From positions 64,001 through 128,000 of IMG/VR virus record IMGVR_UViG_3300014039_000013: a stretch of DNA of 64,000 nt; one strand, 5' to 3'. The position numbers and the translations under genes were made by a program. Each line of letters starts with the position of its first letter. Within the stretch, counting starts at the first letter, position 1. This DNA comes from a virus. Its lineage: Duplodnaviria; Caudoviricetes. Shown piece after piece: positions 11,401 through 20,336 of the stretch. The notes beneath the pieces were generated by a model. That model saw nothing but the letters and a program-made list of their open reading frames with translations. It ran no database searches and was not told the origin of the DNA.

Positions 11401-13963
11401 TGGACTTAATTTACCTTTTTTACCATACATATGATTTTTACTGCCAAGTTGTGCTTCACCTATTTTCTTTTTGGTTTCTTTAGAATGTTTACCTGTTGAA
11501 TTTCCACCATTTTCTATATTATATCCAATATTATGATCCTGTGTATTAAATTCTAAAATATATTTTGTTTCTAATATATTCATTTCTTCTTGAGTTTCTA
11601 TATTATCTACTAATATTTCAAATTCAAAGTTTTCAAAATCATATTTTTTTATTGCTTTTATAATAGGTCTAGATGTGTCTGGAGATTTAAATTTAGTATC
11701 AGATTTATAATTTCGTATTCTGTCTTTTAATTTCTAAGTTGTTTGTCCAATATAAATTTTATTGTTGATTTTATTAGTAATTTTATAAATTAACATAGTC
11801 TTCACCGTTAGCATTAATAATTAAGTTATCAATGTAAATGTATGAAATTTATGGTCAATATCAAAATTATTAACACACCCTGCATTTACAGGTTCACCTT
11901 ATAATAATCTTATAAATTACTTTATAAGACGGCCAAATTGACCATTCGTACTTGTCATTGAGTTAAGTTGATAAAGTAATGTTTGCATACTATCAACTAT
12001 TTCTTTATTCAGAAACTTGTTTACAAGCTTATTTTTTTCATTTGGAGATAAATCCTTAAATTGCTCTTCGTAATATTCTTTACTACTGCGAACAAATGGT
12101 GCTAAATGAGCTAAAGTAATACTTACTCCCACCAAAATATAATTTGTATCTTATATAATGGCAGACTATTTCTTACAGAAATTTGTATTTTTCTGTGGAC
12201 ACGTTTCCATTAAATTTTAATTTAATGTACTCTCTTTCGAGATAGTCGTTACAATTATATTAATTTATCAATAACTTTAATATTATATTTTTCAGGATTG
12301 TCTATATATCGTCTAGCTTGTGTTTCAGATTTACCTATAAATCTAGCGTAAGCAGCTATAGTTTTAAATATATATTTATTATTATAAATAATTGTCCATC
12401 TATTAGGAGTTCCTATATTTTTCTGTCTTTTTAATTTATTATATGCGTGTAAATTATTATAAGATTGAGAAACCCATTCAAGATTAGAAGCATCATTATT
12501 CTGAACATTTCCATCTTTATGATTTATAGTATTATTAATTTCACTATATCCATCACAAAAATTAAATCCAACTAATCGTGCTACTTGAAGATTTTCTTTT
12601 TTATCATTATTACATAAAGTTACATAAAATCTATTAGATTTTTGATTAGGGCTTAATGTTAATAAATAAAATTTGTTATAACTTATAGCAAAATGTTTAA
12701 CTCTACCTTTATTAGAAATTTCATAACCATCATACCCTAATATGGGTTTCCAGATTTCTCCTTCTATAGGTTCTATATTATAAAGTCTAGAACTTTTTTC
12801 TATCTTATCATTTATAATATTATTATGTTTTTTAGATAACTTTTCTCTATATTCTTCTACAGCACTTATTAAATCATTATCTAATTTATAAGTATACAAT
12901 AACTTAGAATAAGGTATATTAATTTCTTTAGAAATATCTTTTAAAGAAATATTATTTTTTAATCTTGATATTATTAGATTTTTATACTTATTTATAAATT
13001 TCTTGTTAGATGGAGTTATTCTTTTAACTTTTAATTTTTCAAATTCCCAATCTTTTAATTGTAGTCCTAATTTCTTTCTATTTAATTTTAATAAATTACT
13101 GATATATACTGTACTTTTGCCTTCTTTACAGTATAATTGATATATAGTATCTTTTAATTCTAATATTTTGTTATTCATAGCATTCCACTATTTAAAATTA
13201 ATATAATCACGAGATTTAAATATTCCATTTATCCCTCGTTAGCTTTGAAACTTAATTCAAAACCCTTATTAGGTTAGTGTCCTTTTAATACGGCAGATTA
13301 AAATGGGAAACCGTATTGGCTCGAACTTACGGCAACAAGTATTTGAGTTGCAATGGTTGTAGCCGTTCTTAGTGAATGAGGCTTTTCGATGAGTTTGCCA
13401 TTAATAACTGTTCCATTTTGAAGCATATCTTCTAAGTTAATTAATGAGCAGTTGCTCATTCCATGCATAAATCTATAATCTGTATCATGAATATGGATTG
13501 CACCTTTTTCATGTAATTTAAGTAGTTCTTTGTTACACTCTAATTCTTTATATAGCTTCTTGCAAACTTCTCCAGCTACTAAATCGCGCATTACATTAAA
13601 TTGTTTAGGATTTTTATTTCCATTTTCATTAGTAACCTTGTTAGTTTTTCCAGAAACTATTTCTTCAATAGTAGTATTAAACTTATTAGAATCAGCTATA
13701 TTCCTAGCAAGTTTATGCTTATATCTATAAAGAATATACTCTTTTGCTACTTGTTGATAATCATAATTCATAAGTAGCTCTTCTATCTGATCTTGTATTT
13801 CTTCAATACTCATCTTATCCCAAATATAAACAGAATTATATATATCTTCTATAACAGTGCTATTAATATCTATTTTACACTGTTTAAAAGCTCTATACAA
13901 AGCTGTTTTGATTCTATTGGGATCAAATTCCTGTAAATTACCTTTTCTATCTGTAACTTTCAT
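5491..13963 (-). CDS. nrdD: Class III anaerobic ribonucleotide reductase in 8 exons (13310-13963, 11941-12129, 10664-10810, 9602-9766, 9294-9354, 7888-8471, 6646-6883, 5491-5564); 703 aa spliced
   Basis: N-terminal ATP-cone. Junctions restore QYG|GVS, NG|QSPF, AFP|KLIY, MG|CRSFL, GRL|NIGVISINLP, SGG|CISY and RRLCG|YIG. Every 5' exon ends in U, every intron ends in G, and the total length is a multiple of 3. Confidence 0.92.
5565..6645 (-). mobile_element. nrdD group I intron 7, inserted immediately after the glycyl-radical Gly codon
   Basis: TGC GGG T|AT ATT GGT junction; core motifs TGCTGGAAAC, AATCAGCAG, CAACGACTA, GGTATAGTCTA. Confidence 0.85.
5568..6345 (-). pseudogene. HNH-AP2 homing endonuclease (intron 7) with an apparent +1 frameshift in an A7 run
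   Basis: The true start MRKTTKFCDICG...FLCKK joins HMHQ only if one A is removed at 6246-6252; the intron 6 paralog reads CSKHMHQ. Confidence 0.7.
6877..7641 (-). CDS. HNH-AP2 homing endonuclease (intron 6)
   Basis: LHRILL..VDHIDSNPLNNCRSNLR; NNTSNYIGVY...W.AEI...EEAVCAR (AP2-like). Confidence 0.88.
   Translation of the reverse strand: MSHTIKIGTCSICNRKNTKVYTLKGYKDVCSKHMHQIHKYGKPLDNNPRTTNDFNDYIIKNDIAIFNVYNQRNEKVTEFIIDKSDIDLIKYKKWRLSSKGYIVTGNCTKTNPTTWLHRILLNPKDDEVVDHIDSNPLNNCRSNLRICKQFENVCNKTFMSNNTSNYIGVYLDKSRNQWAAEIRFGKSRIHLCRWYTIEEAVCARYIAEKILFKEFQNTSEQKKKEKIIKNKIKKSQFLSIKEYVVNKLKSKNCV
6884..7887 (-). mobile_element. nrdD group I intron 6
   Basis: GGT|TGT junction. The ribozyme core lies in the 5' ~240 nt; the ORF lies in the 3' part and runs across the 3' splice site. 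Confidence 0.82.
8472..9293 (-). mobile_element. nrdD group I intron 5
   Basis: CGG T|TA AAC junction; core motifs as in introns 2-4. Confidence 0.85.
8498..9154 (-). CDS. HNH homing endonuclease (intron 5), TAG-recoded
   Basis: MNTIIINEQEFK*FRDTWYYVNKLGDVYS is in frame with track ORF 8558-9040 (LHRIIAE, VNHINDNSLDNRVENL). A second TAG at 8558 reads on to TAA at 8498. Confidence 0.8.
9355..9601 (-). mobile_element. nrdD group I intron 4 (247 nt, no ORF)
   Basis: Separates MG from CRSFL. Core motifs GCTAACGGTTAGG, ACCGTGCTAA, ATCGACTA, ATATAGTCAG. Confidence 0.85.
9767..10663 (-). mobile_element. nrdD group I intron 3
   Basis: U|...G boundaries; core shares 64 identical nt with intron 2. 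Confidence 0.85.
9876..10487 (-). CDS. NUMOD4-HNH-NUMOD1 homing endonuclease (intron 3)
   Basis: YAVSKSGKIKS, VHRLVA, INRKDSNPLNNDVKNLEW (catalytic His replaced by Arg), IQQYDL..EFKS, AYGYIWKY. Confidence 0.85.
   Translation of the reverse strand: MEEKFKVLTGITENYAVSKSGKIKSLSRLVYDTGHDRYYKIKEKILKSYINNKGYECVDLRINNKTRKFLVHRLVAFAFIPNPNNYEVINRKDSNPLNNDVKNLEWCTTSYNIQYEWSFNDRKVSDNMMAQFKKPKLHLWKAIQQYDLSNKFLQEFKSMTEATKWLITKDLTSNPKANSNISACCNGKAKSAYGYIWKYKEEV
10811..11940 (-). mobile_element. nrdD group I intron 2
   Basis: U|...G boundaries; core motifs GCTAACGGTGAA, AATACCGTGCTAA, GTAACGACTA, GAGATAGTCTA. Confidence 0.85.
11233..11796 (-). CDS. GIY-YIG/NUMOD3 homing endonuclease (intron 2), TAG at codon 21; 3' part apparently frameshifted
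   Basis: MLIYKITNKINNKIYIGQTT*KLKDR is in frame with track ORF 11251-11583 (GYNIENGG, HSKETKKKI). Coding-like sequence continues in shifted frames toward ~10900. Confidence 0.8.
12130..13309 (-). mobile_element. nrdD group I intron 1
   Basis: U|...G boundaries, group I core-like motifs (GTAACGACTA, AAATAGTCT), internal HNH ORF. Confidence 0.85.
12255..13178 (-). CDS. NUMOD4-HNH homing endonuclease (intron 1)
   Basis: EIWKPILGYDGYEISNKGRVK; INHKDGNVQNNDASNLEWV. Confidence 0.88.
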   Translation of the reverse strand: MNNKILELKDTIYQLYCKEGKSTVYISNLLKLNRKKLGLQLKDWEFEKLKVKRITPSNKKFINKYKNLIISRLKNNISLKDISKEINIPYSKLLYTYKLDNDLISAVEEYREKLSKKHNNIINDKIEKSSRLYNIEPIEGEIWKPILGYDGYEISNKGRVKHFAISYNKFYLLTLSPNQKSNRFYVTLCNNDKKENLQVARLVGFNFCDGYSEINNTINHKDGNVQNNDASNLEWVSQSYNNLHAYNKLKRQKNIGTPNRWTIIYNNKYIFKTIAAYARFIGKSETQARRYIDNPEKYNIKVIDKLI

Positions 13964-14024
13964 AATGTATAAAATATCCCAGACTATAAAATATATATTT
14001 ATAATCTGGGATATTCAATATAAA

Positions 14025-14801
14025 TTAAAGTGATAATATTTTCTTTAAGAGCATTGTTTTTTCAAACTGATTCATAATATCCTTTTTTAATGAATCAGTA
14101 ATACATTGAGTAAAAGCATTATACACATTAAACATATTAGTATCTTTCTCTCCTACATAATATGGAGATTTTTCATTAGAATACAATAGTTTATATGCAG
14201 ATTCTGCTACTGATGAAGCTAATTTAATTTTTCCAAATCCATTATCTTCATATTCAACCATACAACGTTTAATCCAATTACCCAATTGTTCAGATGTATT
14301 TCTATAATCAGAATCAAATGGAGTATCAAGCATTTGTTTTAATGTAACTGCAATGCTGTTAACTTCTTCCAACATTCTATTTACTGGTTTAAAATTCATT
14401 GGTGAATTTGATTCTAACTCCTTAACTTCTAAATCATCAGGATTAAATACACAAAGATTAGTACAAGCCATATTTAATCCACCAGTATAAATTTTATAAA
14501 TTGGTTTTCTAACATCCAATCCATATACTAAACCAATAACTTGTTTATGATTTTTAAAATTTAATTCATTAGGTAAAACTGCTTGAATCCATACTCTATT
14601 ATAAGTTATATCTTCAGTAGTAATTTTTCCATCAGAATCAAGGGTTACTTGATTTGGAAGTTGAACCTGAACCCTAAAATCATCAGTTATATTATGAAGT
14701 CTTTCTAGAAATGGATTAATATATGCTTCTGTTGGTAAATATTCATTATTTTTAATTCGCGTTGCTTTTCCTTTTAAAAGTTCATTTATAGTAATTTCCA
14801 T
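14025..14801 (-). CDS. Conserved phage protein (possibly DUF932-like)
   Basis: 258-aa ORF; ACTNLCVF and MFNVYNAFTQ resemble DUF932/945 motifs. Confidence 0.5.
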   Translation of the reverse strand: MEITINELLKGKATRIKNNEYLPTEAYINPFLERLHNITDDFRVQVQLPNQVTLDSDGKITTEDITYNRVWIQAVLPNELNFKNHKQVIGLVYGLDVRKPIYKIYTGGLNMACTNLCVFNPDDLEVKELESNSPMNFKPVNRMLEEVNSIAVTLKQMLDTPFDSDYRNTSEQLGNWIKRCMVEYEDNGFGKIKLASSVAESAYKLLYSNEKSPYYVGEKDTNMFNVYNAFTQCITDSLKKDIMNQFEKTMLLKKILSL

Positions 14802-14818
14802 ATTATATTATTTAATTA

Positions 14819-16360
14819 TTACATATTTTGAAATTCACCTCTAGTAATATGATTATTAATCATTAGGTCATAACTAACTCCATAAGAATTAGCTGAAAAA
14901 TTCATTGCAGAATAATCACTTGCTCCGAATAAACTCAATGTATTTCTATAATCAAATCGTTTACAAGAAGTGTAACTATTAGAATGTAAGTCTCCTTTAA
15001 TAACATGAACAGGACAATTATGTATATTTATTTGTTCTAGGAATTCATACATTTGTACTTGTGTTTTATCATTAAGCACAAGAGGCAAACCTCTTTTCAT
15101 GTATTGATCGTCCTTACCATGACAAATTAGAAATTTATGAGAATTTAATTCAAATATACCAAAAAATTCTTCAAATAGAGTTGTTGTAATATCAGGGAAT
15201 TTATTATTAATTAAATTCATTATAGCTTTGTTACAAATATATTCATAATTTCCAGAATGATTTCCACATGGTACAGAATATAAATTAATTTTATTAGATA
15301 AATTCATACTTATACAACTTGTAACAAACCAATCTATAAGTTCAATATATTTATTTGCTTGTTCTCTTGCATCCATGTTTTCTGGAATATAATGATCAAG
15401 TCTAGCTGTCTTATTAATAATACCGCAACAATCAATATTATCTCCAAGTAAAATAATATTTAATGTATCAAAAGCCCCAAATTCATAAAGACCATCGATA
15501 ACTTTAGTAAGTCTACGTTTAGCTTCTTCAAATCCATAATTAATATTTTCTACAGCAAGAGTACCTGAAGTTACTGATGCTCCTAAATGAATATCGGCTA
15601 AATATACATTTATAGACTGACCGTATTCTTTATTGTCATTATCAATGATATATGGTTTAATATTTCCATTAATTTCAACTTTAAAATTAGAATAATCTTT
15701 TAATTTCTGTTTTAATTCAATGTTTTCTTGGGCATATTTTCTAAGAAGTTTTTCATTATTTTTAATAATGTCTTCCTCTGATTTGCGTAAGAAGTCATTT
15801 TCTTTTTCTCTAAGTTGAATTTCACGTAATTCATCTTCTGTTTTTTCCTCTATCATATGTGGAGGAAATGGACTCGAAGCTTTAGTAATATTAAACGCCC
15901 TAAGTATTCTTTTAAAATCAATTAAAGAATAATCTGGGAAAAATCTACTAACTTGTCTTTGCGTTAATGATGCACCATAATATGAATACATTCTATATAT
16001 AGAAGACATTTCTTCTCTAGTTATACTTCCTGTAAGTGCTGGTTTATTCTTTTTAAATATTTTAAAAGAATAAAGTTTTATTTTACCACTGTCATCTCTT
16101 ATTTGTTTAACTTCTGATATATCATCTGTATCTAATTTTTCTTCAGAACAATTGTTTTGTGTTTTTAAATTATTGTAAAGATCTAATGCTTGCTTGTGAT
16201 ATTCCAAACTTGAATCTTTATTAAGATCACTTTTAATCTTAGAAATATATTTAAATGGTTTAGTAGTATTGTGTTCTTTACAATATTTACTAATAGAAAT
16301 ATTATCTTTTTTAATTTGTTCTAGAAGATTAATAAAATTTTTGACAGTAGTTTCTTTCAT
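14819..16360 (-). CDS. Calcineurin-like metallophosphoesterase with N-terminal extension
   Basis: ADIHLG, GDNID, GNH, CHG and GDLH motifs. Confidence 0.8.
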   Translation of the reverse strand: MKETTVKNFINLLEQIKKDNISISKYCKEHNTTKPFKYISKIKSDLNKDSSLEYHKQALDLYNNLKTQNNCSEEKLDTDDISEVKQIRDDSGKIKLYSFKIFKKNKPALTGSITREEMSSIYRMYSYYGASLTQRQVSRFFPDYSLIDFKRILRAFNITKASSPFPPHMIEEKTEDELREIQLREKENDFLRKSEEDIIKNNEKLLRKYAQENIELKQKLKDYSNFKVEINGNIKPYIIDNDNKEYGQSINVYLADIHLGASVTSGTLAVENINYGFEEAKRRLTKVIDGLYEFGAFDTLNIILLGDNIDCCGIINKTARLDHYIPENMDAREQANKYIELIDWFVTSCISMNLSNKINLYSVPCGNHSGNYEYICNKAIMNLINNKFPDITTTLFEEFFGIFELNSHKFLICHGKDDQYMKRGLPLVLNDKTQVQMYEFLEQINIHNCPVHVIKGDLHSNSYTSCKRFDYRNTLSLFGASDYSAMNFSANSYGVSYDLMINNHITRGEFQNM

Positions 16361-16393
16361 TTTTCAATGTTTATTACAGTTACGTTTTTAAAA

Positions 16394-16430
16394 TAAAAAA
16401 GCTGAGCCAGTTAAAAACCGACTCAGCTCA
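16394..16430 (-). terminator. Intrinsic terminator
   Basis: AGCTGAG...CTCAGCT hairpin with a T-tail on the minus strand. Confidence 0.6.
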
Positions 16431-16458
16431 TTAGAAATATATTATATTATAAGTACGA

Positions 16459-17028
16459 TTATGCTTCTACACCAAACATGATAAAGCGACCAATCTTGAA
16501 ATTCTTAGATGGAGCATATTTAACATTGAATGCAACAGTAGTACCTTCAATAATCTTCTTAGCTCTAATACAAGTTGTATCTTCTGTAACCTTCTTAGAA
16601 GAATACAAGTCACGTGCAAGTTTCTTGATTTCTGATTGTGTTTCAGCTTCTGCAAGAACATTGCCATCAGCAGTCTTCAACTGATAAACACTCTTCCATT
16701 TACGACGACCATTAGCATCCTTAGCAGGTTCAAACTTATACGGACGCTCGCGAGTATCAGCAGACGCAGATTCAACAGTAATCGCAAGACCCAAACCAGG
16801 AGCCATCTTGGTTTTTGATTTCAATTGATCAATCAAGAAATCTTTAATCATTACTTCAGTGATAGCAGTTTTTTGATTAGCTACCCAAGCCTTATATGCA
16901 TGAGTTGCATCGCCAAAAATCTTAAACGGAGCTTTATCATAAGCTTCTTGCTTAGTTGAACCTGTTACCTCGAATTTCTTAAAATTTACAAAATTTTCCA
17001 TTTTTTTTATTTTTAATTTATTAAACAT
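16459..17028 (-). CDS. Hypothetical protein (codon usage suggests high expression)
   Basis: 189-aa ORF, richer in GC than its neighbours, followed by a terminator. Confidence 0.7.
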   Translation of the reverse strand: MFNKLKIKKMENFVNFKKFEVTGSTKQEAYDKAPFKIFGDATHAYKAWVANQKTAITEVMIKDFLIDQLKSKTKMAPGLGLAITVESASADTRERPYKFEPAKDANGRRKWKSVYQLKTADGNVLAEAETQSEIKKLARDLYSSKKVTEDTTCIRAKKIIEGTTVAFNVKYAPSKNFKIGRFIMFGVEA

Positions 17029-17111
17029 TTATTCATTAACTTACTTATGTAAGTCATCATTTTTTAAGTAATATCTAATTTATATTCCAATTTTAATATA
17101 AACAAATCTTA

Positions 17112-17465
17112 TTAAAAAGGCATATATGATTTTAAAATATCATATATTGTTTTTAACATATTTTTTGGTTCAATATCAAATGTTGGAAATTCTTTACATT
17201 GATAACTAAAATCATCACAAACTACAGAAAGACCCTTAATAAAATCTTCTGGTAAATTAAGTTTCTCATTTAGTTTATGTAAAATAGAATATGCTGTTAC
17301 TCCTGGCTTTTTCTGCTTTAAATTATATGTAAGATAACCAACCAAAGATATTAAAGCAAATTTAGTTTTAATATCTGTATTTAAATATCCTAATGAATAT
17401 TTATTAGCATATTCCTGCCGCATTTGACTATAAGGCGGCGAAGTTTCTATATCTGGTCGCAACAT
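17112..17465 (-). CDS. Hypothetical protein (start may be ATG at 17423)
   Basis: ORF track. Confidence 0.6.
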   Translation of the reverse strand: MLRPDIETSPPYSQMRQEYANKYSLGYLNTDIKTKFALISLVGYLTYNLKQKKPGVTAYSILHKLNEKLNLPEDFIKGLSVVCDDFSYQCKEFPTFDIEPKNMLKTIYDILKSYMPF

Positions 17466-18453
17466 AATATGCTACTAATTTTAGTAATTGTGAAAATTCT
17501 TTGAATCCTTGTAAATACATTTTTTTAGTCATCGGTACTACTTTCGTATAATAATTTGGAATTGTACTTACAACTAAAAAATTACCTTTTATTTTTGGAT
17601 TATCCAAATTAAAGAATTTTTTTGCACACAAACTCAATAAATAAGCATACATTCCAAGTTCACGTTGATAATGATAACGATCAATTGCTTCATGAAATTC
17701 ATTAACCATTTTACCTGTTGTTTTGACATCATTTACAATAATAGTATTATTTTCAAAATCAATAGTAAATTGGTCTAATTTACTTTTTAATTTTAAAATA
17801 AAATGTTCATTATTATAATTAACATTTACATCAAGTAAAATAGTACGTTCGTAGCCATTTTCTGGTTGTTGTAATAGCCCACTAGGATGAAGTAATTTTT
17901 GTATCTGAGAACTTCTAGAAACACTCTCTAAACATGAATTTACACAATTCCTATGTCGTTCAGATAAATAAATTGGAATCTTATTTAAATGAAATTTTTC
18001 TTCAAAATCAGCTCTGTTTTTCCAATAATTATTACATTTTAATTTAATATCTGAAATTTTCTTATCAGATAAAAAACCACCATAATAATCGTATTTTATA
18101 GCAGCACTAATTATTTGTTCATTACTAGGAGTTTTTCTAGTATTTGTGTATAATTCATCTGCTATATAACCCATTTTTGCTGTAGGTCTATCAACACAAT
18201 CTACCATAAAAAATGATTCTGGTTGTAATATTAATTCATGAACAGCACTACCTACTATTAAAGAATCACTAAAAGCGTTAAACTTTCCTTCAAAAAACTG
18301 TTCTGGAGTACCACCCTGTTTTGGATTTATTAATCCTAATCTAGAGTTTGATATATAATTAGAAAAACGCTTAGAAAAATATATTTCATCAGATATATTT
18401 TCTAAGCGTAAACTTTCTATTATTGGTTCGATTTGTATTTCATTTAAATTCAA
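17428..18453 (-). CDS. PD-(D/E)XK exonuclease (RecE/exonuclease VIII, DUF3799-like)
   Basis: ISNS, GSAVHELILQP, KSKLD, DVKTT, YHYQRELGMY. Confidence 0.8.
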   Translation of the reverse strand: MNLNEIQIEPIIESLRLENISDEIYFSKRFSNYISNSRLGLINPKQGGTPEQFFEGKFNAFSDSLIVGSAVHELILQPESFFMVDCVDRPTAKMGYIADELYTNTRKTPSNEQIISAAIKYDYYGGFLSDKKISDIKLKCNNYWKNRADFEEKFHLNKIPIYLSERHRNCVNSCLESVSRSSQIQKLLHPSGLLQQPENGYERTILLDVNVNYNNEHFILKLKSKLDQFTIDFENNTIIVNDVKTTGKMVNEFHEAIDRYHYQRELGMYAYLLSLCAKKFFNLDNPKIKGNFLVVSTIPNYYTKVVPMTKKMYLQGFKEFSQLLKLVAYYVATRYRNFAAL

Positions 18454-18489
18454 ATTATAGAATTTTAACTATATTTTTTACATATATAC

Positions 18490-18800
18490 AGCAACTCCTC
18501 TACCAGCCCCTAGTAGAGTAACTACAGAGAAGCTGGCACAGAGCCTCACACCCTTCTTAGGTGTCATATTGTATATATATTATACTATAATAATATACTC
18601 AGAGGCCACCGAGACTAACCCAATTAAGCGTCTACCAGAACGAACGTGGGATTTATAATTTAGGCTGGACCATGTTGCGGAGTTGTCAGACAGAGCATGG
18701 ATTTGTTCACGTTAGTTAGTCTTAGGTAAGCGGACTTAATGCCGCACGTTTCTAATATTTATTATGTCCTAGAAATGATCCGCAAAGAAGGACTAAGTAC
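18490..18800 (-). ncRNA. Candidate ~300-nt structured non-coding RNA
   Basis: ORF-free, GC-enriched island with nested inverted repeats; family not recognised. Confidence 0.5.
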
Positions 18801-18822
18801 AATTAAATATATATTTTTATTT

Positions 18823-19341
18823 TTAACACCAAAATGATTTTAATAAATTATTAAAATCATTTTTAATAAATTCTTCATAAATAGGTATTATTTCATTTAT
18901 TTTTAAAGAATGAATTCTCCCTATATTTTTCCACGATTTATTATTATTAGAATCCATAAGTAAACATGGTATTCCTTTTTGATTTAAATCAATAAAATTC
19001 TTTAAAGAGTCATCAATAAACAAATCCACTTTACCTTTTAATAAATCATATTTAGAAATATGATAACCATTTACTTGATAAAGTGGACTATTTAATCCAT
19101 ATTTTTTTAAATATGCTTTTGTCCAATTTTTAGAATTTACTCTAGCACTACAAAATAACCTTGGTATAAAGTCTGGCATATTAAGTAATGGTAAATTTAG
19201 CCAAAAATCACGTTCATGTATTAAAATGTTGTTTACATTTCTAGTAATCGCCCAATCATATTTAGGAAATTTACCAAAACGTTTAATATATCCTGAATCC
19301 CAATCTGCAATAACATTATCAATATCTAAACCAATTCTCAC
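18823..19341 (-). CDS. HAD-family 5'(3')-deoxyribonucleotidase-like protein
   Basis: IGLDIDNVIAD, SAR, FIDD motifs. Confidence 0.8.
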   Translation of the reverse strand: MRIGLDIDNVIADWDSGYIKRFGKFPKYDWAITRNVNNILIHERDFWLNLPLLNMPDFIPRLFCSARVNSKNWTKAYLKKYGLNSPLYQVNGYHISKYDLLKGKVDLFIDDSLKNFIDLNQKGIPCLLMDSNNNKSWKNIGRIHSLKINEIIPIYEEFIKNDFNNLLKSFWC

Positions 19342-19754
19342 AACTCATTGACATTAAAAATTTCACTTAAAGATATTCCGCAAATTTCATATATTAAATA
19401 TATAAATTCAATATATGAATTATAATGCATATTTGGGATATGTGTACTATAAATATATTCTACTTTTTTTTGAGCGTCTTCTATAGAATTTGCAATAATT
19501 ACTTCTGGATATGTACAACCTTTAATACAAACACTATATATATATTTATTCATAAAGATTTGTTGTTATATAAAATATAAAATTTAATCCTTCAAGAGTG
19601 TCTATTAAATCTTCTTTACTTAAATTTAATTCAGAAATTAAAGGTAGATATTTATTTATAAATTTTTGAATCGCATCTTGTTCATTTGTTACATTCGTAA
19701 TTCTATAAATTTTGCATTTATCTTCAGAATTACTTAGTACTATATAGTAAGTAT

Positions 19755-20336
19755 TCATTTTTTATAATGTTTTATTAGTTTATAAAAAAACTCCTTAGGA
19801 ACAAATACAACTTCTCCTTCACTATGCATATTAACTTGTCCGTCTTGTACTTTCTGTGAATTCCAAAATAGTACAAATGGTTTATCAGTTAATGGGCACT
19901 GTGATTTAATTTTAAAGAAACTTGGTGTATTTGAAGTACATTTTAATTGAGCATTAAAAGGCAATTGTGAATTAGTATCAATTAAATCTACTTTCAAATT
20001 ATCCAATTTCTTTGATTCTGATCTTGATGTAACTACACCTGTAAATCCTAATTCTCTAAGTTCTTTAGCAATTTTTTGTTCATATCTATTACCTTTTCCT
20101 TTAGAATATTTACCAGATTGTCTTTGTTTCTTTGCTTTTGCTTGATCGCATAAAGGGCATCCAGTATGTGTAAGAACCTTTTTAGCAATTTGAGAAACAG
20201 TGTTTCCACATGTATTACATTTATATGTTATATTTTTATCAAGTCCCTAATAATTACTTTCAGAAAAATCAAATTTTCCATGACCGTGTTTATTTTCGAC
20301 TTTATCGATAAATGTTTTAAGAGTTTGTTTTGTCAT
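19755..20336 (-). CDS. Hjc-like Holliday junction resolvase with N-terminal Zn-ribbon; one in-frame TAG (20247-20249); 193 aa
   Basis: MTKQTLKTFIDK..KFDFSESNY*GLDKNITYKCNTCG..GCPLC..SKGKGNRYEQKIAKEL..D..KVDL..AQLK; in frame with track ORF 19755-20006. Confidence 0.8.

Noticed and set aside
5565-13309. Inteins as the cause of the nrdD interruptions
   Set aside because: The insertions contain stop codons and RNA core motifs and follow U|...G splice rules, so they are introns.
18490-18800. Group II intron, RNase P RNA or HEARO/omega RNA
   Set aside because: A GTGCG is present, but I found no domain V, no RNase P P4 consensus and no adjacent IscB/TnpB ORF.
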